Source: Gemmiger formicilis (lineage in GTDB: Bacteria > Bacillota_I > Bacilli_A > RFN20 > CAG-826). From it: a stretch of 64,000 bases of DNA. Where the stretch lies: positions 3,439 through 67,438 of the forward strand of contig CAVDWX010000092.1 in assembly GCA_963612735.1 (NCBI GenBank). The letters run 5' to 3'. The notes under the pieces are model-generated. The model was given only the letters and a program-made list of their open reading frames with translations, was not told the DNA's origin and did not search any database. Within the stretch, counting starts at the first letter, position 1, and each line of letters opens with the position of its first letter. Positions 1 to 10,209 of the stretch are shown here, in pieces. A program made the translations under genes and the position numbers.

Positions 1-54
1 CGATTTGATGGATTTAATGTTGTTTCATATAATTCATCTGGTGACATCTCTCCT
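1..54 (-). CDS. DNA topoisomerase II large subunit (GyrB / T4 gp39-60-like), exon 4 (partial, continues beyond window start)
   Basis: Minus-strand translation gives GEMSPDELYETTLNPSN, which aligns to GyrB ...[23 protein letters not shown] and continues the frame of exon 3 after intron removal. Confidence 0.55.
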
Positions 55-336
55 CGATTTTAATTCTGACTATTTATTCACTGATATAATACACTTTATA
101 TCAGGTTTGCTCTTTCCTATTACTTTGCCTTCGTTTCCTAAAAGCAATCTACGTACCAATAGTAGAAGTACTCCCTGCCTGTGGTCGGGGATAGTCGATA
201 CAGGGGATTATAAATTATTAATATTTATAACCTTCCCACGAGACTCGATATTTATATCTTACCCTCGTTAGCAAATCAAATTTTGATTTACCCCGCTGGT
301 TAGCGGAAAAGCAAATTATGGGCCAAAAGAGTGCTC
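55..336 (-). mobile_element. group I intron 3 in the topoisomerase gene (no ORF)
   Basis: It interrupts GyrB-like coding between RYKGL and GEM. The upstream exon ends in U and the intron ends in G. Its 5' part (cataatttgcttttccgctaaccagcggggtaaatcaaaatttgatttgctaacgagggtaag) and core (cctgtatcgactatccccgaccacaggcagg) are near-identical to the other two introns, and it shows R/S-like GACTA/TAGTC pairing elements. Confidence 0.55.
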
Positions 337-691
337 AGCCCCTTATATCTAGTTAACTTCACATTTTTATGATTTCGCATATACTTTTTAAATTCACTAC
401 TATCTTCATACCAATATTTCGCTTCTTTACCATTTATTGTTCTATATAAAGGTGAAACTGCGGCATAAACTTTACCTTGTTTAATTAATTCAGGCAGATG
501 ATGTAAGAATAATGTTAGTAATAATATTTCGATATGACGACCATCCGCGTCTGCATCAGTTAAAATTATGATACGATTATAACGTAAGTTATTAATATTG
601 AAATGGTCTCCGATACCGCAACCTAAACAAGTAAGAATATCTTTAATAATATCACTTTTGATTGCGTCTGATAGTTCAAGACTCGTGCAAT
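337..691 (-). CDS. DNA topoisomerase II large subunit, exon 3 (TOPRIM C-terminal part)
   Basis: Translation NCTSLELSDAIKSDIIKDILTCLGCGIGDHFNINNLRYNRIIILTDADADGRHIEILLLTLFLHHLPELIKQGKVYAAVSPLY...TRYKGL matches GyrB TALGCGIG...IIIMTDADVDGSHI...PLYK...IQRYKGL. Confidence 0.7.
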
Positions 692-2044
692 TTTTGATTT
701 TCTTTATTTTTTAATAAATCGACTATTTATTCACCGATATAAATCGGGTCTACTCTTTCGCATTGCTTAGTCTTCGTTTCCTAAAAACTAACCACGTATC
801 AATAGTGGCGCTACTCCCTGCCTGTGGTCGGGGATAGTCTGTACAGGTTTACATATGATTGTTGTAAAATTGTCTTAAATAACTATAACTTTTATTGTTG
901 GCTATATCACGTATAGATTGCTCACTTAAATTAAATTTTTTAGCAATTAAGAATATTGGAGTTTGTAATGCTAACTCATCGTATATTTGAAATACTTGCG
1001 GAATTGTTAATTTTCCTGTAATAATACGAAAAGTTCGAATTGGATATTGTTCATTTTCTTGTTTTCAATTTTCCCCAATATTAATGCGATAAACTATTTT
1101 ATAAGTATATAATGGATTTAGCGCACAAATATCTTTAATAGTTATTGGTTCCTTAAGTTTTTTAATAATAAATTTTGCATCTTCCAAAGTTATTTTATGA
1201 TTTCCAAAATCTGGACGGCAAGGAATATTACGTACGATATGTTTTCAACTTTTAAATCTATTAATGTCTTTAACTACGTCTATTGTAGTATTATATTTTT
1301 TTGCGATATCTACTATAGAAGTTTGAAGATTAAAAGTTAAATCATTAATAATATCATAAACTTGTTCGGTAGTTATAGTTGCTCGATAACTATTTTCACC
1401 TGATAGTTTTTGAGAAACTATTTTCTTTTGGATATTTTTACTTTGCATTTCTAGACGAATCGGATATTGAATTCCATCTTGAGCATATTCTTCTCCATAA
1501 TTAATATGTTTAATCATAGCAGAAGAAACGCCATAAATTTGACCTATATCTACATAACTTAATTCAGTGTCTTTTAATAAATCATAAATAACGATAATAT
1601 CTGATTCAGTAAAATGAAAATATGGTTGATTTTTTCTGTTTTGTCCTCCAGTTTGCATATTGTATCCATTTGGCATTAATGAATTAAATGTTTTAATATA
1701 AAAAATTTCTCGTAGATTTAATTCTTCAATTTTACATTCTTCTAAAACAGTAAAGGTAAAATTTTCTATTCCATATTTTCTAATAGCCGCATGTAATAAT
1801 GTCGTAGCTCCGTTTTTAGCATCATATAAATGTCTTCGATAGCGACACTCAATATTTTTTGATTGTCCGATATAAATTTTATTACTAATTATGTTTTTAA
1901 ATTGATAAATACCTATCATATGTTTTCCCACGAGACTCAGTATAATTAACTAAGTTATCCTTTCTACGTCTATTATACTTTACCCTCGTTAGCAAATCAA
2001 ATTTTGATTTACCCCGTTGATTAACGGAAAAGTAGATTATGAGG
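692..2044 (-). mobile_element. group I intron 2 in the topoisomerase gene, carrying a GIY-YIG homing endonuclease ORF
   Basis: It lies between mini-exon 2 and exon 3. Its 5' end (cataatctacttttccgttaatcaacggggtaaatcaaaatttgatttgctaacgagggtaaag) and 3' core (cctgtacagactatccccgaccacaggcaggg at 720-860) are paralogous to introns 1 and 3. The ORF at 849..1931 is embedded in a loop. Confidence 0.6.
849..1931 (-). CDS. intron-encoded GIY-YIG homing endonuclease (about 360 aa, TGA=Trp read-through)
   Basis: N-terminus MIGIYQFKNIISNKIYIGQSKNIECRYRRHLYD... is a GIY-YIG motif. The frame runs through TGA at 1245 to ...QFYNNHM, giving a long C-terminal DNA-binding extension like I-TevI family members. 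Confidence 0.8.
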
Positions 2045-2119
2045 CAAAATCTCACCTCTTAAAGGTAAAACTGCTTGACCAGCACCTTTTGTCTCTTTGC
2101 AACCTCCTGCAGCTGAATC
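2045..2119 (-). CDS. DNA topoisomerase II large subunit, mini-exon 2 (25 aa)
   Basis: Translation DSAAGGCKETKGAGQAVLPLRGEIL aligns with the GyrB TOPRIM segment [26 protein letters not shown]. It is flanked by intron-like sequence on both sides. Confidence 0.55.
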
Positions 2120-2385
2120 CGAGTACTGCAGCCTACTCGCTGACTATTTCTTCAGAAGGACTTTCCCTCTGTCTACTGTTTCGGTCTCTCAGACACTTCG
2201 TTTCCTAAAATGTCGACACGTATCAATAGTGTCCCTACTCCCCAACAACGGGGATAGTCGATACAGGTATGATGGCTTAACCACCTTCCCACGAGACTGG
2301 GCATATTTCTATGCTTTACCCTCGTTAGCCACTAATTAAGTGACCCCTTACGATAATAAGGTAAAATAGATAAGGGCAATTCGTT
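2120..2385 (-). mobile_element. group I intron 1 in the topoisomerase gene (no ORF)
   Basis: It separates ...ELFLTEG from DSAAGG. The exon ends in U and the intron ends in G. It contains gctaacgagggtaaagc, gagtctcgtggg and cctgtatcgactatcccc elements shared with introns 2 and 3. The in-frame stop immediately after the splice site is typical. Confidence 0.6.
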
Positions 2386-3673
2386 CACCCTCAGTCAAAA
2401 ATAATTCGGCATCAGAAAAGTCTGTGGCATCCGCAAGTTTAACCGGTAAGTCTTTTAAACTATTCATATTTTTCCCACCACGAGCAATTTTTTCTTGGGC
2501 TTCACGTTTACGTTGCGCGGCTTCTTCGGCTTTTTGTTCAATCATAATTTTATCAAGCACTTGTTTGGCTGCCTTCTTATCTAACACCATCTGACCAACG
2601 GCTTTACTACAAAAAGTTCGAGCAGATGGAGAGTTAAGAGTTAATTTTGTTTGTTCGCCAAATAGCGGACGTTCACTCATATGAATTGATAAAACTAAAA
2701 CTAAACCTTTACGAATAATATCTCCGCTTAGATTTTTATCTTTAATTAATTCCATTTCTTTTGCTAACTTATTTATATTGCTAGTAAAAGCAGTTTTCCA
2801 ACCAGTAACGTGTGTTCCATTATTTGGAGTATAACCTCCATTAACGAAACTATAAATTGTTTCATATGTGCGGTCGCAATAGCAAAATGCATATTCAACT
2901 TCACAAGTTTCACCGGCATCATTCTCTACTGTAGTATTAAAATAAAATGGGTCAGTTAATACTTTTAAATCGGCGGTTTTAATTTTTAACATATCTTTAA
3001 TACCATTAGTATAATAATAAGAAGCAGTTTCAATAACTTTCTTGTCGTCCATTACTGTTAAATTAAAACGGATACCATTATTAAGCAATGCGTGTAATTG
3101 TAATTCCTCCTTGATAGTTGGAATATCCCATTTTAAATTACCAAATACAGATGCATCTGGAATAAATGAGACAGTGCTCCCAGTCACATTAGTTTTAATA
3201 GGTTTAATAATTGGGTTAGTAAATACACCATTATTGACGGTAAAGATACATTGTTCTCCTTCTCGTGTTGATACTATTTCAAAGAATGTTGATAATGCAT
3301 TTGTAACAGTTGCACCTACACCATTTAATCCTAATGAGCTTTTATAATTACCTTGACCGGTAAATTTGCCTCCACTATGAAGATTAGTACACATCTCAAC
3401 AATTGCCCATTTACCTTCTTTATTGCGCTTAAAAGGTATACCACGACCATTATCTATTACAGATGCCATATTAGTAGTAGTGTTAATAGTGATAGTAATT
3501 TCTTTACCATAACCAGCCGCCGCTTCATCCATTGCATTGGCAATAATTTCAGTTAATAAGTGGTGCATGCCCTTAATATCGTTAGTGGCAATATACATTC
3601 CTATAGATTCTTTAACAGCATCTCGGTAATTTAAAGTTCTAATACTGTTTTCATCATATTTGACGTTATTCAT
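2386..3673 (-). CDS. DNA topoisomerase II large subunit, exon 1 (GHKL ATPase + transducer + start of TOPRIM)
   Basis: Carries the HATPase_c signature HHLLTEIIANAMDEA...IDNGRGIP and LHSGGKF, and ends ...KLADATDFSDAELFLTEG (GyrB LADC...ELYLVEG). Confidence 0.8.
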
Positions 3674-4442
3674 ATTTTTTTAATATTTCTCCTTTCATTT
3701 TAATAAAAAATTCTATTTGCTCATTATTTCAAGTATTTGGAAAAGTCCATCTACGTTCTCTTTTATGATAGATTGGCAAATGTTTCCAGTTTTGACCAGA
3801 TATAATGGAGACAATAGTTCTTTCTTTATAAGAAGAAAAATGCTCTATAATTTTTTTTCGTGGTCAAATTGTATATAATATTCTAATTTCAATTACATCT
3901 TGTTCATTAATAATATTTTGAGGATTTTTTTCTCCTAATTGACGAGTTTTTTCCTGTAAATGAACATATTGTTTTTCGTAAACTTCAGGCATAATATCTA
4001 AACGTACTTGTCCATTATAGACTTCAGCAATTAAATGTCTATCTAAATTAGGGAAAAATTGACGTTGAACTTCTGCTCCACTAGAATATTGTTGACTAGC
4101 ATAACATTCTCGAATTTTAATAATATCTTCATCTGTCAATAGTGACAAACTGTCTTTACTAGGACAAGAATAATATGACCCTCCAGGAGTTTGATTATAA
4201 CCATTTAAATAACTATTATAATATTGAATTCAATAAATCTCTCTTTCATTCAATTGTTCGCGAGGACATTCTTCAATAATTTCAAAAACAAAATTATTTA
4301 CACCTTCTTTTTTTATAGCATTATCAATGACACTATCTTGTCATCCTTTTAAATGAGAAGTTAAACGACGTTCTAATTCAATTGATTGCCCGATATATAT
4401 TTTATTATTAATTTTATTAGTAATTTTATAAATTCCAATCAT
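3666..4442 (-). CDS. free-standing GIY-YIG homing endonuclease (TGA read-through)
   Basis: Start MIGIYKITNKINNKIYIGQS is GIY-YIG. The frame runs through TGAs and ends 5 nt into the topoisomerase start codon region. The coding sequence includes the topoisomerase RBS. Confidence 0.7.
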
Positions 4443-4504
4443 ATGTATCTCCTTATACATTATAATATACACGCCATTAGATAAAATATCAAATTTTCCT
4501 TGTC

Positions 4505-4747
4505 TTACTTTCTCCTTTCATTTATACAATCTGCTATATCCTCTAAATCATTTTGATAATCATTATATGTTCCACAACACCATTGTGATATCATATGTGT
4601 AGCCGGATCTTCCCAAACTAAAGTATAACATTGCCCATAATCATCATAGTACAGCTCGAAACAAATGCCCTTACAAACTATTTCTTTCTCATAAGTAAAG
4701 ACACTATTGCATTGGTCTGCTAATAGTGGTAATTTATTTTTATCCAT
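4505..4747 (-). CDS. hypothetical small protein (80 aa, Cys-rich)
   Basis: Intact ORF in the early-region orientation. Confidence 0.4.
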   Translation of the reverse strand: MDKNKLPLLADQCNSVFTYEKEIVCKGICFELYYDDYGQCYTLVWEDPATHMISQWCCGTYNDYQNDLEDIADCINERRK

Positions 4748-4853
4748 ATCTTTATCCTTTCTTTAAAATAAAAGTTTTATATAACATATTGTTTAAAAAA
4801 TTAATGATTAATTGGTTTCAACACCCTTTCTTCATTTTTTCTTCTTACAATAT

Positions 4854-4882
4854 ATTATACAAAACTTTTTTCGATTTGTCAA
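4854..4882 (-). promoter_or_regulatory. sigma70 consensus promoter (TTGACA-17-TATAAT)
   Basis: Minus strand reads tttgacaaatcgaaaaaagttttgtataatat. Confidence 0.7.
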
Positions 4883-4982
4883 ATTTTTTTCTAAAGTTTT
4901 ACTCAGCACTGATAAAATGAAATAAAATTAGTTCAAATTTAATACTATTTTTCTTTCTCATCAAGCGCTTGGTGTTTTTGGT

Positions 4983-5500
4983 TTAAAAATTTAACAGCAT
5001 ATTCTCCACATTGAGTGGCGGCATCTTCGAATCAAGCGCCGTCATATGGTGCTCATTCCTTATTAGGGAACCAAGTGCGCAACCAATAACGAGTAGCACT
5101 AGGAATCGCAACGATAAGCGGGAATAACGGGCCGAATAAACAATTTTGAAAAGTATGGCCAAATTCGTGCCAATCAATTCCTTCAACAGTTGACTCTTGA
5201 TCTCGCAAGAACATTAATCCCATTTCACATCCACCTCACCAATCAGGACCTACGTTAATGCCGTAAATCCAATAGAATGGTTTAAAAGTAATTTTGTCAG
5301 GAATAAAAATTTTAACAATGGCAAGAATGACTGTAATAATGATGCCTAAAATCGTCATAATAATTCCCCACGTACAAGCAGTTAAATAATACAACCATCT
5401 GTGTTTTAAAACGAATTTAGTTCATTTTGCACACAAATTAAACATAAAATTGCCAATTTTTGAATGTTCATATAAAGGTTTAATTTCCATAATTTCTAAC
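4983..5500 (-). CDS. hypothetical membrane protein (TGA read-through, Trp-rich)
   Basis: Frame continues upstream of ORF 4983..5186 through several TGA codons. It encodes hydrophobic segments. The boundaries are approximate. Confidence 0.4.
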
Positions 5501-5506
5501 CTCCGC

Positions 5507-6166
5507 CTAATTTTTTTCATCTAAATAAATGTAACGATGTCCGTGGAATTTGTAGCCACGTCGTATCGCTCTGGAAATGTGAGTAGAAGGAGCATGATAT
5601 TGATCTGCAACACTTTTTACTGATGGGTAAATACGAATAATATCTCCAGTTTCGGATACTTCAGCTACTTGTCTATATTTTTTATTAAGAGGAACAGCAA
5701 TTTTTTCTTCTTTATTGAAACTCCAGAAAAACCCTCCTGTTTGACTAAAAATTCCTTTGCAAGTTTTTAAAATATTTTGATGTAAACAACCTGTTACACG
5801 TTCAGCTTCATTAGCGCTAACAAACTCATTAATGAAATTGCCTTGTAAATCGTATTGATAAACAGGTGTCTCTAAAAAATTTCCGCAGTCTCCTCCTTTA
5901 GTGCTATTATAACCATTGGTATAAGAATCATAATATTGAATGTAATAAATTTCTTTTTCATTTAATTTATCTTGAGGAATATTTTCTTCTATAGGTTCTA
6001 TTGAAAACTTGTCTATTCCATATGCACGCATTGCTCGATACAAATGAACATCTGAAAATTTACTATAACAACAATGCTGATCTCATCTTCTTTTTAATCG
6101 TTGAATGGTTTGCCCTATATACACTTTATCATTTACAGTGTTGGTAATTTTATAAATCATTCCCAT
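5507..6166 (-). CDS. free-standing GIY-YIG homing endonuclease
   Basis: N-terminus MGMIYKITNTVNDKVYIGQTIQRLKRRWDQHCC has W encoded by TGA in the conserved RW-x-x-H position. It overlaps the end of the permease gene by 17 nt. Confidence 0.75.
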
Positions 6167-7508
6167 TCTCATTCTTTTTGTCCTTTAAAATTAAATTCAA
6201 AAAGATACCAATAATCATAGCTAAAGCTACGCCAGTAAAAGTAAAATTACCAATTGGAACAAACAACCCTCCAACTCCCGAAATTAAAATAATAGAAACA
6301 ATTAAAGTATTTTTTGTATTTTCTAAATCAATCTTTCTCAATTCTTTCAATCCGCTAATGGCGATAAAACCATATAAAATTAATGCGCATCCGCCAAACA
6401 CACAATAAGGAATTGTTTGAACCCATCACATTAAAGGAGCAAATAGTCCTAAAATTATAGCTAAAATTGCGGCTCCAATAACCGGATATATACTTCCAAC
6501 CTTAGTAATTCCGATAACTGCGATATTTTCTCCGTAAGTAGTATTGCCCATACCACCAATAAAACCTCCTACAGCGGTGGCAATGCCATCACCCAAAGCT
6601 GTTTTGTCTAAACCGGGTTCTTCTAATAGATCTTTTTGAATAATATTAGATAAATTTAAATGATCTCCTATATGTTCGCAAAAAGCCACACAACTAACTG
6701 GAATTGCTATCAATAATATTTGAGGAATTTGACTTCAAGTAAAGTGATTATATTTAAAACCTTTAAAAGCCTCAATAAAAGAAAATTTAGGCAATCATTT
6801 CAATTTTGCACCAAAAGAAATCAATTGCATTGATTCATTTCCACAACTCTTTCCAATCAAGGTTAAAATTAAAGCCAATATGTATCCTCCTATAATAGCA
6901 ATTAAAAACGGCAATGTTTTGAGCAATCCTTTACCATAATAAGATAATAATGCAACAATTAACATTGTAAAGATAGCTACTAATAAAGATCAACCATTAA
7001 AATCGATTAATCCGTTTTGCATGCTCCAAGAAGTTGCAAATCCAGCGAGGCCTAAACCAATTAAAGTTACTACAGGACCTACAATAACGGGAGGTAAAAT
7101 TTTATGTAATATATTTGCACCAAATTTTTTAACTATTAAACTTAATAGCATATAAACTAAAGCTACAACAGTTAACCCTAAAATTAAAGCAATGTAATTA
7201 CCACCTGGTTCTTCAGAAGCTCCAAATCCCATAAATAAACAAGCCGACATAATGGGCATAAGGGCCGCGCTTGAACCTAAAAAAACAGGGCTTTTGAATT
7301 TAGTAATAAAAGCATAAATAATTGTTCCAATACCTGCGCTAATAATAGCAGCAGGAACCATTTCAAAACTTTGATAAGTTAAAATAGAAATTAAAGATGT
7401 AGCAACGAACATTGCCAAGCAGTGCTGAATACTATACAATATGATTTCTTTTTTAGAAGGTTTATCTTGAATATCATAAAGTAAATTCTTATTTTTATTC
7501 ATTTCCAT
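6150..7508 (-). CDS. uracil/xanthine permease (NCS2 family, UraA/PyrP-like)
   Basis: Three ORF fragments join in frame through two TGA codons. Contains EHIGDHLNL...ALGDGIATAVGGFIGGMGNTTYGENIAVIGITKV, a close match to the UraA core. Confidence 0.75.
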
Positions 7509-8031
7509 AATCCTCCTTTAGTACCTTAACTAATTCATCACTTGAACAAACTAATTTACCATGAGTTTTTATGGCACCTGTTAAAAATATATTAACATAA
7601 CTCATCTGAGCTTCGCCCGGTTCTTTTTGCATGGCCGCCAATTTTTGTTGGCCAACTTCTCCTTGGCAAGTTAAGAAACCTTCTCGGCAATCATCGTAAA
7701 GAGCATATAAATTCTTTTTTGGGTCGGCGTCAATCATTTGAGTATAAATGCCTATTTCACAAGTGGTTCCTATTGGAGGAGTATCGTTACTGATTACTGC
7801 AATTAATAAATCTGTTTCTTTTAATCGATTATAATCCCCTCAATAAATATCATATGAGGTAGCACATTTTGTTTTATCATTTATATTTTTATTACGATGA
7901 GGAACATAAATTTGTGCATTTGGGAAAATAGGTACTAAACGTTCGTATAATCAATCAAGATACATTCGGTCTTTTTCAGTAAAAATTGGACCGGCTAAAT
8001 AAATTCTATTTGCAACCTTCTTACTATTCAT
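7384..8031 (-). CDS. nucleoside 2-deoxyribosyltransferase-like protein (NDT/Rcl family)
   Basis: N-terminus MNSKKVANRIYLAGPIFTEKDRMYLDW... carries the YLAGPxF motif of PF05014. Two internal TGAs are read as Trp. The 3' end is uncertain because TGA at 7495 is read through in code 4. Confidence 0.55.
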
Positions 8032-8368
8032 CGGCCGCCTCCTCTGCCCTACTTAAACGGTCTAATTCAATTAGAAACATTACGGCGTAGCAGGCCAAAT
8101 CTTTTACGGTGTCTTCAACGCTTTCGAAGTCATTATGTCCACCCTTAATTAAATTTGTAATACGATCCAATTTATTATGCAAAGGAACCAAACCGGCGAT
8201 AGGACCTAAATCATCAATTAGGCGGCCAAAACTGTCTCCGTAGTTTGAATTTTTCTTCTCATATAAATCAGCCATACGATTTACAATAAGTCTAAATTTT
8301 TCAACTTTTTCTTTGTTTGTCATTTTCGTCTCCTTTAAGTTAAATTTATTTCTACTTATATTATACAA
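8024..8368 (-). CDS. MazG-like nucleotide pyrophosphohydrolase
   Basis: Small all-alpha protein with EKFRLIVNRMADLYEKKNSNYGDSF...DLACYAVMFLIELDR, similar to house-cleaning NTP-PPases. Confidence 0.5.
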   Translation of the reverse strand: MYNISRNKFNLKETKMTNKEKVEKFRLIVNRMADLYEKKNSNYGDSFGRLIDDLGPIAGLVPLHNKLDRITNLIKGGHNDFESVEDTVKDLACYAVMFLIELDRLSRAEEAADE

Positions 8369-8374
8369 TGTAAC

Positions 8375-8415
8375 TAGACTAAAGTCAAAAAAGGCGCAGG
8401 AAAATTTCCTTCCCG
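8375..8415 (-). terminator. rho-independent terminator candidate
   Basis: Hairpin aggaaattttcct inside a GC clamp, followed on the minus strand by CTTTTTTGAC. Confidence 0.4.
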
Positions 8416-8419
8416 GCGC

Positions 8420-8623
8420 TTAATTTTCTTCTTCTTCTCTGCGGCGACCATTCCAATACTCAAGCACTGGATCGGCAGTTGGCAAGTAGTGAACTATCTT
8501 AGGTTGCCAAGCAGTGATTTTTTCGCCGCTATTGATCTTGTGATTCTTAGAACAACATGAGAAACTGGTTGTTCCAATCAAAAGAATTAGTAAACCTATT
8601 AATGTTCTTTTTAATCTAAACAT
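8420..8623 (-). CDS. small secreted protein / putative lipoprotein
   Basis: Signal-peptide-like N-terminus MFRLKRTLIGLLILLIGTTSFSCCS. Confidence 0.45.
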   Translation of the reverse strand: MFRLKRTLIGLLILLIGTTSFSCCSKNHKINSGEKITAWQPKIVHYLPTADPVLEYWNGRRREEEEN

Positions 8624-8625
8624 AA

Positions 8626-9042
8626 TTATGATAATTGCTCCTCAATTTTTAATTTTGTATCATTCATTTTTGCGACACCTGTTAAATTATCAGCCCGAGT
8701 AATTGTTACAGAGTCATCTTTAAAGATAGGTTGTGTAATACTTGGTTGATATATAGCTGGTTTGCTGGTGCCACCTATACCACTAGCCCAATTATCATTG
8801 ATAGTAATAGTATTGGCACGTCAAGTTTCTATAAATTTATTGCATTTTAACTGTATTTTAAAATTTTCTAAATCAGATAAGGTTGTTTCTTTCTCGTTCA
8901 TATCTTTGATAAAGGCTTGAAATTTTGATTGATATTTACATACTTCATAATGTACGCATAATGTACATTTTACTGGTTCAATAATAGCCGATAATTGTTG
9001 AACATCGCTATTGTTGTTGTTATTATTTTTCTTCGTTGCCAT
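8626..9042 (-). CDS. hypothetical protein (TGA read-through)
   Basis: ORF 8821..9042 continues through TGA to the TAA at 8626. Confidence 0.4.
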
Positions 9043-10126
9043 GATTTGTTATCGCTCCTTCTATCCCATCTTCAGCTAATCTTAATTTTACAAGGTAAGG
9101 ATGACGCAAGCGTCCTCGATCGTTGTAACTCATTGCTTTTACTACAGCAAAAAGGTTTCCTTTTTTAATATCTTCAGTTGCAGAAACTAACCATTCTCTG
9201 TCTTCATCGGTTAGACCACTTGTTACTGAAGTTGTGTTTCCATCTGGCAGCTGAACCACAATGCCATTTGCCCAGCCATAATAATAAGGCTTAGTAACAG
9301 GTTCCCAGTCTGTCCATGGGTCATTTAACTCCACTGCAGATGGAGTTCTGATTACTAATTTTTTTTCTCCGCTATCAAGATAAGAGACTTCCCAATAAGA
9401 CCAATTAGAAGGATTTTGACCTTCGTATTCTCTCTTTGGTACTAAGACTCCAATTACTGGTAGCTCCATTTCTTCTAAACTTTGTTTTAATTTCAAAGTT
9501 TTCCATGCGGTACGAGTTCCTGGTAAGTAGGGGTTATCCTTACGTTGAATTACTACTCCTTCTCCACCTGCCGAAATAATTTGGTCTGCATGTTCAGCAA
9601 AGTCATTGGTAAAAATGGCAGTTGGTTTAAAGTAGTGATTAGATAGTTGTGAAAGAGCTCCTAAACGTTGCTCATATGGTGTGTTAGTTAAATCTTGATT
9701 ATTATACATTAAGACATCAAACATTAAACCATATAGCTTGTTCTCTTTTTGTCTTTCAACTGCCTTTGGTGGTAAACAACGTAAGATGGTTCCAACTGTA
9801 TTAGCATTAGTGCCGTATTCGTTCCAACAAATCTCTGCTAAGACAACAGTATTGTCTGGCCAAGTGTCCATTTCTTCAGTCAGATGAGGAAGTTTAGCAG
9901 TGTAATCTCCATATGCACCTGTGACTTTGCTGATGCTTCTACTGTGGATTAAATTATTGCCTTTAGAAAAATGAGCAAAAAGTCCAAAATCTCCATCATG
10001 CTTTTCTGTGGCTATATAAAGATTATCTTTGTTGTCAATCATAGCTTGACGTTTAAGGTTAGAATCATCTTCATTATTATAATATTTCATAATTGGCATT
10101 TCGTAGGCTATATAATGAATGTCCAT
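9023..10126 (-). CDS. ATP-dependent polynucleotide ligase (DNA or RNA ligase, nucleotidyltransferase superfamily)
   Basis: Motif I ATEKHDG (KxDG), motif IV GGEGVVIQ, motif V AWKTLKLK. Arg is absent after KxDG, so an RNA-ligase-like identity cannot be excluded. Confidence 0.6.
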   Translation of the reverse strand: MDIHYIAYEMPIMKYYNNEDDSNLKRQAMIDNKDNLYIATEKHDGDFGLFAHFSKGNNLIHSRSISKVTGAYGDYTAKLPHLTEEMDTWPDNTVVLAEICWNEYGTNANTVGTILRCLPPKAVERQKENKLYGLMFDVLMYNNQDLTNTPYEQRLGALSQLSNHYFKPTAIFTNDFAEHADQIISAGGEGVVIQRKDNPYLPGTRTAWKTLKLKQSLEEMELPVIGVLVPKREYEGQNPSNWSYWEVSYLDSGEKKLVIRTPSAVELNDPWTDWEPVTKPYYYGWANGIVVQLPDGNTTSVTSGLTDEDREWLVSATEDIKKGNLFAVVKAMSYNDRGRLRHPYLVKLRLAEDGIEGAITNHGNEEK

Positions 10127-10173
10127 AAGTGTCTCCTTTCTAAAAAAGATAAAAGATTAATTATTTATAATAT

Positions 10174-10202
10174 ATTATACTAAAAATTTTTCGATTTGTC
10201 AA
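10174..10202 (-). promoter_or_regulatory. sigma70 consensus promoter
   Basis: cttgacaaatcgaaaaatttttagtataatata on the minus strand, a perfect -35/-10 with 17-nt spacer. Confidence 0.7.
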
Positions 10203-10209
10203 GAGAATT

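Noticed and set aside
5-271. Plus-strand ORF 5..271 and other plus-strand ORFs overlapping minus-strand genes (3042..3347, 3353..3556, 6178..6408, 9971..10183, 32378..32721, 38584..39141, 52186..52578, 53891..54169 minus, 58578..58793 minus)
   Set aside because: They are antisense to well-supported genes or introns, have low-complexity composition, lack RBS and promoters, and mirror the codon structure of the real gene opposite.
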